Shown piece by piece: positions 13,209 to 24,164 of a DNA stretch of 64,000 nucleotides; the first letter of the stretch is position 1; each line of letters opens with the position of its first letter. Source of the stretch: Malacoraja senta (taxonomy: Eukaryota); assembly GCA_038087875.1 (NCBI GenBank), contig JAXLNO010005073.1, positions 186,001 through 250,000 on the forward strand, in the 5' to 3' direction. The translations under genes were made by a program, and so were the position numbers. Under the pieces are notes generated by a model, which saw only the letters and a list, made by a program, of their open reading frames with translations, made no database searches and was not told the DNA's origin.

Positions 13209-14537
13209 TATCAGAACTGAACGAGGAGGAGGACTCAAATGCAGGCTCAGACACAGGGCAGATCAGTTTCCAGAGTTTAATCGGTCCAAGTCGGTACACA
13301 GGTAAGCAAAAACGGAGACAACAGTACAATCTAGGAGCAGGCAAAAACAGTGGTCGAAGACAGGCACTGGTCGAGATAACAAGGTCAACAGATTTGTAGA
13401 GCTGGCACGAGGTGATACAAATTAAAATACACAACGAACTGGCAATGAGAACTAAAACACAAAGGGCTTAAATACACAGCCTAAAGGGTCTGTCTCACGG
13501 TGTTGCGGTCATCGGCGGTGAAGCGCGGCTTCGCCTGTAGAGGGGACCGCACGGCAACTGCGAGAGCGCCGAGCCTATGCCACGGGAGCGCCGCACGGAT
13601 GCTGCGCGGGGGCCGAGTGATTTAAATACGGCTGGTCCCTCGAGCTGGCGGTAAGTTAAAAAAAAGGGCGGGCCGACTGCGATGACGTCATTTTGGATCT
13701 GCGGGGCTGTGGCGGCGGCCGTCCTGATCGCGGCGCTGTAGCGGTGGCTGTGGCGGCGGCAGTGCCGCACACGTGACTCACTAGCGGCGGCTGTGGCGGC
13801 GGCTGTGCTGATCGCGGCGCTGTAGTGGTGGCTGTGGCAGCGGCCGTGCCGCACACGTGACTCACTGGCGGAGGCTGTGGCGGCGGCTGTGCTGATCGCG
13901 GCACTGTAGCGGTGGCTGTGGCAGCGGCCGTGCCGCACACGTTTCTCACTAGCGGCGGCTGTGGCGGCGGCTGTGATGAGCGCGGCGCTGTAGCGGTGGC
14001 TGTGGCGGCGGCTGTGCTAATCGCGGCGCTGTAGCGGTGGCTGTGGCGGCGGCCGTGCCGCACACGTGCCTCACTAGCGGAGGCTGTGGCTGTGCAAGTT
14101 CGACGCACGGCGCTCGTGCCACACTGGCGGCGGCCGTGCTGCACTCGTGCCTCACTGGCGGAGGCTATGCGGTAGGGACATATTTTTGAACAGTGTTGGT
14201 TTTATTTTAGCACCGTGCGGTGTTGGGAACAACGCCGCACGGCCCCGGAATTGTGCGTTTGACCGAGTGCGCGGTCTATGGCAGCCCAGGAGCGGTAGAT
14301 TCTTCCTGTTTCGCCGCCAATGACCGCAGACTCGTGACACAGGCCTTTAACAGGGGATAACGAGACACAGGTGAAACACATCAGGGCGGGGCCTACAATC
14401 ACACGAGGGGAAAGGACATGACAGGAAATGAGACCTGAAACGAGAGGAGATGTGAGACACCAAAATAAAACAAGAATGCAACCAATAATACTAAAAACAA
14501 TAAGAAACAGAAACTAGATCAAACGTGAGACCTGACA
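13209..14537. mobile_element. Solo LTR (Gypsy-like) interrupted by a MITE
   Basis: Termini T(A)TCA...TGACA; halves rejoin as CACAGCC-TAA-CAGGGGATAACGAGACACAGGTG; no TSD found. Confidence 0.55.
13485..14347. mobile_element. Non-autonomous PIF/Harbinger-like DNA transposon with GC-rich internal tandem repeats
   Basis: About 40-bp imperfect TIRs (AGGGTCTGTCTCACG... / ...CGTGACACAGGCCTT) and TAA duplication at 13482-84 and 14348-50. Confidence 0.75.
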
Positions 14538-14965
14538 CAGTGAGAACTAGAATGCAACAAGAGACACAACAAGAAATAACTGAACTGAATAAATCTCATC
14601 TTTAACGTTCAAATTGTTGCTGCATTTTAAGAGTTATTCACATTTTAGGCATTAATATCCCTTTTCCACTTGCCATGCCCGTCAGCTGTGCCTGCGCAGT
14701 AATGCCTGCATATTCTACATCACAATGGGAACCCAATGGGCGGGAATGGATGCTCTGTCGGAGAGCCGCTAATAACGGATGCGGGGAGGGGGATGGAGTG
14801 AGTACGTGGGGGGGGGAGGAAGGGCAAGGAGCGGAGTGGGGGGTGAGATCAGGAGCGTCACAACCAGAATACGTCAGCTACGCCTGCGTAGTTGGGGCTA
14901 TGGGTGAGTGGTGGAATATTGCGTTGGGGGACCAGGCCTCCTGTGTCAGAATGAACTTAGTCGAG

Positions 14966-15545
14966 TGAACATCAAACTACTTTCCCTGCAACAGCAGCCA
15001 ACTAGGATTACTTTAACCAGGGGATGTAACCTGGTCCAAAACAAAGTGCTGGAGGTACTTGGCAGATCAGGCACCATCTACCCGACCACAAAGGGAATGG
15101 ACAGATGCTGTCGTTTCCTGTTGGGACCCGTTCAGACTGATGGAGTCGGACAGAGAAAGTGGGAAAGAGGTGGGAGCAGGACAAAGCCTGTTACGTGATT
15201 AGTGGATACAGGGGAGAGGGTGATGGGTTGTGACATTGGCTAGGGGTGACAAGGAGACAAAAGGTGCAACAGATGAGAAGAGTGAAACGTAAAGCTGGAG
15301 GGAGGGATACGGATGGAAGGGGATAGAGTGAAATATGAGACTGGTTTGGGAGGTGAGCATACACAGGGAAGGAGCAGAGTGACCAAGATGTTGAGGGAAG
15401 TGTTCACACCAGGGGGGGTGCAGGGAAAGAGGGGGTTCCCATTACCAGGGTGGGGGTGCAGGGAAAGAGGGGGTTCCCATTACCAGGGTGGGGGTGCAGG
15501 GAAACAGGGGGTTCCCATCACCAGGGTGGGGATTCAGGGAAAGAG
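14966..15545 (+). repeat. Dispersed duplicate of about 52003-52590, ending inside the G-rich minisatellite
   Basis: Colinear near-identity by eye, e.g. AAACTACTTTCCCTGCAACAGCAG...ACAGGGAAGGAGCAGAGTGACCAAG. Confidence 0.9.
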
Positions 15546-16449
15546 GCAGCTCTTAGCCAAGGAAAGGTGAAGGAAAATGTCAATGTGTGAGAGTTGGCAG
15601 CCCTGTATTCAGGCCCTGCATTCAGGACCTGATGCCAAATTCAGAGCAATGGTCAAGGCTGCATGAAGAGCTGTCTTGCAATTTAATCACAATGATTCGT
15701 CTATTCTGAGCTCTGGGCTGTTTCACTTCCTGTTTTTTATCTCAACTAAATTTCACAATGTGTAAATAAACATCAGAAGTGTGAAGGACAAAGAAAACAC
15801 CCCAAAACCTATTGAAACATGCAAAACAGAATCAGGGGTGGATTAACTGTCACTTTGAGCCTGTTCAATCATTCCAAACAATCTCATATTCCAATTCTCT
15901 CCCGATAAATTTTGATGCATTTTATGTCAAATAAATCTATCCCCTACTTAACAGGATTTAGTGACCTGCCATCTACCATTTTCTGTGGGGTGGATTTCAA
16001 TGGCTCACCATATTCACAATGAAGAAATGTCTCAGCCCTAAATGTTTCACCCCTTATCTTGAGTCCAAACCCCCTTGTTCCAGATCCTAGTCACTGGAAA
16101 TATCTTTATGTATCGAGTTTGTCTAGCTCTGCTTTGAATTTTGTTTAATTTAGAGAGGTCATGTTTAAGTCTTCCAAACTCCAGTAACTACTGGCTCAGT
16201 CAGCTCTTCCTCTCCTTACACATTAGTCCTGCCATTCCAGGAATCACTCTGGTCAGCCTTGGCTGCATTACATCTGTGGCTGAAAACCCTTTCTCCGGTA
16301 AGGAGAGCACAAAGGCATGTTTGGAGAGACATGGGCCAGGCACAGCCAATTGTGATGGGGTCAGTTGGACATCTTGGTCAGCATGTGTGCGTTGGGTCGA
16401 TGTGTCTATTTCCATGCTCTACAGCTCTATGACTCTCTGCTGCATCTGT

Positions 16450-16790
16450 ACATATTTGGCAAGTAACTCAACTGACTGACATCACCTGCAAACCTCTTTG
16501 CATCCTCTTTGCTTCTCCTACTTACTCTCAGTTTCATGTCATCAAACTTAGAAACATTAAATTTGTTTCCTTGTCAATACCATTGATGAACATTGAAAAT
16601 AATGGACTCAAGAACTGGATTGATTCTGGATCATTCATCACCAACTGCCACCCTAACGAAGTCTTCTCTCTGTTTCCTGTCTGCCAAATTATTTTCAATT
16701 CATGCCTGTTTAATATTGCCTAATCCACATATTATAAAATTCAAAGACCTTCTGAAAATTGGACACATCCTCTTGTTCTCCCTGAAACAA
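16450..16790 (-). mobile_element. Ancient degenerate CR1 RT fragment
   Basis: Translates to SNFQKVFE, LADRKQR, NVSKFDDMKL, decayed CR1 RT motifs. Confidence 0.65.
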
Positions 16791-18902
16791 ACAAAAACAA
16801 TCTGCTGGAGGGAATCAATGGGTCAGGCAGCATCTGTCGAGGAAAATGTGCAGATGACCCTGTATCGTGACCCTTCTTCAGTTGCCAATGGTCATCTGTC
16901 CATTTACTTCCACAGATGATTCCTGATCCACAAATTCCCTCCAGCAGTTTGCTCTTTGCTCGTGTTTCCAGAATCTGCAAACTCTTGGGTCTCCACATCT
17001 TCTCCCTTATCTATTCTACATGGTACATCACCATCATCTCCAATAGATTTGTTTGCCATGATTTCACTTACATAAATTCAAAAATACATTGTCTTATCGC
17101 ATAAATTATTTTAAAATATCCAAACACTGTTTTGGAACCTGGAAACAAACTAGGTTGGAGATTGAAATATTTTCATCCAGCAAGTAGCAAACTGGAAATT
17201 TAATATGTAGAAAACAATAATTAGTTACTATCTTAGTTAGTTACTATCCTTATAATAAATACATCCTCAGCACACATGCCCCATGTGCTGTTCTCATAGT
17301 AATTAAAACAATTACATAAATAGAATTTCCACGGAATTACTTTTAAATGTAAAGGGTAAATAGAGAAGTTGTTTCTGTAGATAACATCAGCGTAAAAGAT
17401 GAAGGATCTGTGTTAGGTCCTGTTTACACTTCTGCTGTGAAACTCAGCAAGTGCCTCAACGGAGACATTTGCACAAGTTAAGACAGGGGGTGATGTTTAG
17501 AATGTGAGAATGACAGACAGTGTGGGTTGGAGGGGCAATGAGATGAATTACGAAGAGACAGATTCAGGAGCTGGGGGAAATATCAAAACAGAGGGTGAGC
17601 AGCAATAAAATTGAATTGTATTTCTCTGCAGAATTCACACAATATGGGGGAAATGAGTTGTTCGGATTAAGGATGGAGCCTGATTAGATTTCTTGTCACA
17701 ATTAGGACGACACTAACTCCTGAGCTGATGATGAGCTGCACTTTGTGATTCCCTCCAGAATTGTTGCTTATAAATCTATGTTTTTGGATGTGGGCCTCAG
17801 TGCTTAAGCTTCCATTTTAAACCCATGAGGATGTGACCATACTTATTTCACCACTGAGGTGTTTTGTAAATGATAGGAGTAGGCCCCACAAATAACGAAG
17901 GATCAGCAATGCATTTCCAAGTTATGATGGTGACTAACTGGGTCAATTTGTGCCACTCCAATAACTTGACCAAGCAATTCTGGGTATGGATTGTGCTTGC
18001 ATATTGTGGATATATTTTCTAGCACCGATGCAGTCATCAATGTAATGGGGATAGAGTTCGGGTATAGGGCCAGTGTACACGTGGAACACAATGTATCTCT
18101 CGCGTCTATATCTCTAGGCTGTGAAGATATTGGTGCAACTCTGTGAGTATGGGCTTGGAGAACACCAAATGACATGGGGAAAAACTTGTGAATGTGAAAA
18201 TGTTTGCTGGAGGTTCTACCTTGAGTGAAATTCAGAACTGAGGAGAAAATTGCTCTCAATATTGGGCTTACTTTGAAAAATTGTAGTAGTTTGATTATCA
18301 TATGCAGCTCATCGGTGACCTCCTAAGTCCAACCTCCACCATGATCTGATGCAATTGAATATTGGTTTGAACTATCGAACCAACTACAGCATGAACAGGC
18401 AAGAATATTGACCATTCCATTTATGACAAAACAACAGATTCTGTCATTTGCCATTATCATAGACCTTTCAAACATCACACAGTCATCTGGTTGAATATGT
18501 GTTACTGGAAACTATTCTAACTTCTGTTGTGAATAGCATTCATTATGCTTGTCTTTCTCCAGGCTGGTTAGCACTCTGCAAAAGCTTTTCTCTTTACCTC
18601 AGAAACGTGACACTGAACTAAACTGAATTGAACTGGAAGGGACGTGATTTATTCCCAGAGGTTGTGAAGGTCTTGCTGCAAACTGTGCGGTTTGATTTGG
18701 AGAAAACTGAAAGTTGCAGAAGAAAGTGGATGTTCATGAGGATGGTAACTGGTGGGTTTACCTTGTGTGAAACTCAGGAGATTATTACACTCAATATTGG
18801 AATAACTGAGTAAATACAGCAATTTTATTATCACATCTGCTCGTTTGTGTTCTCCTCAACCTAAAACTCACATCGTTTTAAACTGCCAAACCACCCAAAT
18901 CA

Positions 18903-19170
18903 CAGTGGCACAGATGTTAGAGCTGCTGCCTCACAGAGCCGGAGACCAGGGTTCAAATCTGGCATCGGGTGGTCTCTGGGTGGAGATAGCACGCTCCCTG
19001 TGGCCACGAATGAGTGGGGTTGTAGGTTACTTGACCTCAATAAATTGCCTGTAGTGTGTAGGGAGCGGACGGGAAAGTGAGATAACAAAACGAGCGTGAA
19101 CGGGTGATCAGAGGTCGGCGTGGACGGAGGGCTGAAGGGCAAGTTTCCATGCTGTGTCTCAAAACTAAAC
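18903..19170 (+). mobile_element. Degenerate V-SINE (HE1-like)
   Basis: tRNA-like head GTGGCACAGATGTTAGAGCTGCTGCCTCACAG..GGGTTCAAATC; interrupts module copy 2. Confidence 0.65.
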
Positions 19171-19744
19171 TCAATCAGAACATCACTACAGATGCAAGAA
19201 AATTGACACCTACTCATCATTACAAAACTTAGATACTCTCATTCCCCAATGCCCTTGACATTTGTTATCCTCCAATAACCTTTAGAAAGATGAGGTTCCA
19301 TGTCTCAACGCATCCAATGCATGTTTGAGCTCAGTAAATTCCCATTTGCCTTTGCCGAAATAAGGTTTTACAAGATGGGTTTTACGCTGACTCAAACGCT
19401 TTCAACAGAAGTGATGTCTGAACCATGAGCAGGAGAGGAAGAGGGAGGTCCTGTAGTTTCATAAGACACAGAGTGAGACTGGGGAACTCAGTGTGTCGCC
19501 GTGCTTGGAGCTTTGCTGCCCACGTCTCTGGACTCGTTCACCAGTCCCTTCCCACAAGGTAGGCGACTTTACTACAGGTTCACTTCAGGTAAAGGAGTGG
19601 TTTAAATGGGATCTAGAAACGGAACTCCGTGTTCAATAATTTCTAACGTGTGATATTCCACTCCTACAACCATTTATTAGACTGTTCCAGCCTGTTCTGC
19701 TTTAGATTTTACAAGGACATAGAAACGTAATGAATAATGAAGAG

Positions 19745-19970
19745 AGACACAAAATACTGGAGTAACTCAGCGAGACAGGCAGCATCTGGAGAGAAAGAAT
19801 GGGTGACGTTTCAGGTCGAGACCTTTCTTCAGACCCAGACTTCTTCGACCCGAAACGTCACCCATTCCTTCTTTCCAGAGATGCTGCCTGTCCCGCCCAG
19901 TTACTCCCGCCCAGTTACTTTAGTGTCTATATTCGGTATCAAGCAGCATCTGTAGTTCCTTCCAACACGA
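19745..19970. mobile_element. Inverted pair of Penelope terminal repeats
   Basis: Minus copy 19745-19837 followed by plus copy 19841-19970, forming an imperfect palindrome. Confidence 0.7.
19800..19837 (-). ncRNA. Minimal type I hammerhead ribozyme motif
   Basis: Minus strand TGGGT-CTGAAGA-A-AGGTCTCGACCT-GAAA-C-GTC-ACCCA: catalytic core, stem II, 5-bp stem I. Confidence 0.55.
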
Positions 19971-21299
19971 AACGTTATCAATGTATTTTTGTCTCCATTG
20001 TTTCCACTGGAAACTTAATGAAGCTTAATTACCAGCATCTGCCATTTTACCCATTTGGGCTTTCTTCTTTGTTGCCTGGTCAATCTAATGTATCCATGCT
20101 AATGTGGATTTTATTTTTCCCATTTCTCCGGCAATCCTCTGGGACTGATTGAGGATGTTCAACGTCCTCGCCGTTCTGTTGCCCGCTGAATTAATTGACT
20201 GCCTAGTGAGGTACAAATGAGTTAAAACCATTCTACCGAGAAGCAGGAGGTAAGTGGGTCAAGAATGAAAATGTTGGCGTACAGATGAGTCGTTTCAGTC
20301 AAGGCAAACCGACTGAATGTGGTTGTGAAATCCCAGATTACAGCAGTGACAATATTCCAGAGGCAGATTCCACAGAGGAATGGTCCTTCCCCGTGTAATT
20401 GTGTGCGGTTAATTCTCCAATGGTCCGGGCCCAGGGTTTTCAAAGTGGCTGTGTTCAATGCAACACTTGCCAACTAGCAATTTACTGCAGCATTTCCTTT
20501 GCAAATTATTTAGTGTCCCTGTTCCGTTCAAGATCACACGACGATCAAACATGCTTAAGTATAATTTTACCGATCATCACCACTTCAAATGGTGACATTT
20601 GTTTTAGAGAAATGCAAGGTGGTTATGCGGGTTATTCTCAGAGGCTGTGAAGGTCTTGGTGCACTCTGTGAGGTTGAACTTGGAGAACACTGCAAGGTGC
20701 AGGAACAATTTGGATGCGAATGAAAATATTGGCTGGAGGTTCCTCCTTGAGTGAAATTAAAAGCTCGGGAGAAAATTTGCATTCAATATTGTACTAAGTT
20801 TGAAAATAATGTATGATCCTGATTATCAAATGCACCTCATTTGTAACCCCCTAAACCCACCGTGATCTGATACATTTGGATATAGATTTAAACTGCAGGA
20901 CCAGCTATAATGGTATATGGACATATAATGGTATATGGACACACTGATCTGTTTTGTAGTCAATGCCTACTATGTTCTGTTGTGCTGAAGCAAGAATTTC
21001 ATTGTCCTATCAGGGACACTTGAACTTGTGCTAAAGCTTTAACATCGCTGCAAGGCGTGAATATTGACCATGTTCCCTTCGTTACAAAACTGCAGATCCC
21101 TCGTTTGCCATTATCTTAGACATTTGCCACCCACTAATATCATTTAATATAAGGAGGTTCCAAGTCTAAACTTATCCAATATATTTGTGATCTCAGGATA
21201 TTCCCGATTTGGTTTGTCCAAATTAGCTTTTACAAGATGATTTTTAATCTGAGCCAAACATTATGAACACAAATGGTGTCTGAATCCTGAGCTGGAAAG

Positions 21300-21423
21300 A
21301 AAGAGGAAGGGTGTTTGCCCTTCCAAAGAAACTGTGTGAGACTGTGAATCTCAGTGTGTCGCCGTACTTGGAGCTTTGTTGCTCAGTCTCTGTGCTCATT
21401 CACCATCAGTCTCTTCTCACAAG
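21300..21423 (+). other. Probable non-coding exon 1 of the Ig receptor gene (5' end uncertain)
   Basis: Donor CAAG/GTAGGT at 21423, conserved in the paralog at 19558; no in-frame ATG; next exon has an acceptor upstream of its ATG. Confidence 0.45.
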
Positions 21424-21646
21424 GTAGGTGACCTCACTGCAGTCTCACTTCATGTCAAAGAGTGGTTTAAAAGGTATCCACAAACTGAACAATGTTGGAT
21501 GTCCTGTAAACTGTGATATATCACTCATTCAATCAATTTGTTCCACTTTAGATTTGACAAGGGCATACAAACTTTATTAATTTCATTTTGTCTCCTTTGT
21601 TTCTCACAGCTAAATGACCAGCATATGCCATTTTCCCACTGGTTTC

Positions 21647-21885
21647 AATAGACAATAGAGAATAGGTGCAGGAGTAGGCCATTCAATTTGATCATGGCTG
21701 ATCTTCCCCAATCAGTACCCCGTTCCTGCCTTCTCCCCATATCCCCTGACTCCGCTATCTTTAAGAGCCCTATCTAGCTCTCTCTTGAAAGCATCCAGAG
21801 AACCGGCCTCCACCGCCCTCTGAGGCAGAGAATTCCACAGACTCACAACTCTCTGTGAGAAAAAGTGTTTCCTCGTCTCCGTTTC
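21647..21885 (-). mobile_element. CR1 3' end fragment
   Basis: Reverse complement of CR1 ORF2 end and 3'UTR tail CTCCTGCACCTATT. Confidence 0.8.
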
Positions 21886-22330
21886 CTAGTCAATCTAAAT
21901 TGAATACTTTTTTCCCGTTTCGCCGACAAAGTCCTGGGACCGTTTGATAATATTGAATGTCCCTTGCCATTCTGTTGCCTTCTCTGTTCATTGACTCACT
22001 AGCGAGGTCTGATTTGGTTGAGAATATTTTACCGAGTGGTAGGGGGTAATTAAGCCAAACATTAAAAAAGACGGAGTTCAGATGAGTGATTTGGGACAAG
22101 GCAAACCGATAGCGGTTGAATATGGTGGTGAAATCCCAGATTACTGAAGTGACAATATTCTAGCGGCAGAGTCCACCAAGCGAATGTATTTTCCCCGTGT
22201 AATTGTGTGCGGCCAATTCTAATGTGCCCCAGGGTCAGGAGTTTCAAACTGGCTGTACTCAATACAACATTTGCCAACTACCAATTTACTGATCCTTAGT
22301 CTAAAACTGCACCTTATTTCCAAACAGAGA

Positions 22331-22427
22331 ATGCACAAAATGAGGTCGAGGTTTCTCTGCAGCAGTTTGCCACTTGGTTTGATGTTCGGTTTCTTTGTTT
22401 TCCTGCTTCGACCTGTTTCCACACAGA
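22331..22427 (+). CDS. Leader (signal peptide) exon MHKMRSRFLCSSLPLGLMFGFFVFLLRPVSTQ
   Basis: Acceptor TTATTTCCAAACAG at 22327, hydrophobic core, phase-1 donor A/GTAAGT. Confidence 0.85.
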
Positions 22428-22559
22428 GTAAGTGCTTTCTCTACGCCGGTCACAATCACCTTGCATTAATTATCATTGTCCGTGTAAACCCGCACCCATT
22501 GTCAATCTCGCTTTCCTCTCCACGTCCCTGAATGTGCTGCTGCCTCACAAATCCACGCC

Positions 22560-22990
22560 ATCCTTGCTGGACCTCCATTTCCGAGCCCATCCCATCAACC
22601 CCCTCTCCTTCTCCTGCACCGACACGGTCCTTATCAAAGTCATAAATGGCCTCCTGTGAGCTTGTTGCAGAGTTAAACTCTCCCTCCTCATCCCGCTCAG
22701 CCTCTGCAGCCTTTGACACGGTTGTCCACATCATCCTCCCCAACATCTCCTCACCACAGTCCAGGTGGGTGGAACTGCCCTCGACTTATCGATCCAGTCA
22801 CAGCCCGAGAACCACGCACAATGTCTTCACTTCACGCTCCCACAAAGTTCCTTCAAAACCAGGTGGAGTTCCTCCACTACCCCCAAGACAACCCCCTATC
22901 CCCACCTCCGTCTCCCTCCCTCCCACTCACTCACTTCTCTCATGTGATGAAATATCCCTGCATCAATCAGGCCAGGTTATTCCAGAAAGA
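22560..22990 (+). mobile_element. Degenerate L2-clade RT fragment in intron
   Basis: TDTVLIKVINGLL and SAAFDTVVH resemble L2 STETAL.KV.NDLL and LDLSAAFDTVDH. Confidence 0.6.
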
Positions 22991-23147
22991 CATCTCTTCA
23001 CAAACCGTGTCTTCCTCGCTGGAGTTTCCAAGGAAGATCACAACTGCCTGGAATTAAATTCAGTTCAAAATTAATGATTACAGATATGGGGTGGGTGGGG
23101 AAAATGTGGTTTAAATATTAATTCTTCATTGTTCGTATTCGCAACAG

Positions 23148-23489
23148 CAAACAGAAATCGAATGTATTTCTTGGATAACCGAGGCGACATTGTGTTAAAC
23201 GGACCGGACAATGCTGAGAAAGACACTGTTGTTGTCTGGGAATGGAAACCACACTCAGGGAAGGAAATCGGAAAATTGTCGACTTTTAGAAGAACGAGTG
23301 ACTATTGGATCAAAGTGAAGGCCGCTGGCGAGAGTAAAGTGGACTTGTACCCGGGGATGTATGTGAATCCCTATACCCTTGATCTGACAATTGATAAACC
23401 CACATTTAAATGGGCGGGAATTTTCACTTTGACTCAAACAGAACCGAGAAAGCAAATCCTGAAACAATATGAAATATTTGGGATGAAAG
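23148..23489 (+). CDS. Ig domain D1, cysteine-less V-like
   Basis: CAACAG acceptor, G/GTGAGT donor, 342 nt; IVLNG..WEW..LTIDKPTFKWAGIFTL; paralog of 28667-29011. Confidence 0.85.
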
Positions 23490-24164
23490 GTGAGTGGGTG
23501 CGATAAGGATCAATAATGTTTAATTTATCTCTGTAAATATTGTCACCTATAATGATGAGAGATGGCGGGAATTGTGAGACTTCTTCCACCCGGTGAAAAG
23601 TTAAACAACTGGGGAAGTGTTTTTGTTCATTGATTCTGTAATGATCAGCAGGGGTGATAATAGCTTGAAGACTTCACTGGGAACAGCAAATCAATGAATC
23701 GACCCGCAGCGAATACCATGGTCTTCTTGCCTGCACACGGTAAGGTGATCGCGGCAAGGTGGTATGAAACCAATGTCTCCCTGCAGTGGCCCCGGGGTGA
23801 CACTGCTACTTAATGTTACCCTGTGACCAGGTGGATGGAAGTCCATCGCCTGTGGAACATGGGCTCTGCCATAGAGTTCACCTCTTGAGAGCAATCAGAT
23901 ACACCTAGAAGGAGTGGAAATAGATGCATTTTCAACAGTTTGTGAATATTTGAAAGAGAACATGTGTAAATACAACAACGCCTGTATGTTGCCGGTTCCA
24001 CCTGCAGTCACACGGTGAACAGCCGGCATTTCACTGCGTCAATGTGACCAGCCACGGGTGTCAGGGGTCTGAGAGCACTGGGGGAGAAGTTGTTCTGACT
24101 TTCAGCTAGGCTGTCAGCTTTAAGCCCGGTTATTGGATGAACCATGAGATCCGCACTCTTCTGA

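Larger units (their letters stand above)
17950..22300 (+). repeat. Diverged tandem multiplication of a roughly 2-kb promoter/exon-1/intron-1 module (partial 17.95-18.48 kb; fuller 18.63-20.49 and 20.63-22.30 kb)
   Basis: Shared blocks GCTGTGAAG..TTGGAGAA, CCTTGAGTGAAA, CTCAGTGTGTCGCCGT..CACAAGGTAGG, GAAATCCCAGATTAC, CCCCGTGTAATTGTGTGCGG. Confidence 0.8.

Noticed and set aside
13495-14155. Ala/Arg-rich ORFs
   Set aside because: Internal tandem repeats of a non-autonomous transposon
16526-16781. Apparent minus-strand exon with strong splice sites
   Set aside because: Translates as decayed CR1 reverse transcriptase
19480-19558. Hydrophobic QCVAVLGALL.. frame (also 21345-21423) as a second signal-peptide exon
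   Set aside because: No ATG, an in-frame TGA just upstream and a frameshifting indel between copies; better explained as a UTR exon, though a decayed leader is not excluded
17903-22422. Mutually similar minus-strand ORFs (FTQG, IWDFTT, CCIE motifs)
   Set aside because: The similarity follows from DNA-level duplication; frames shift and stop differently between copies
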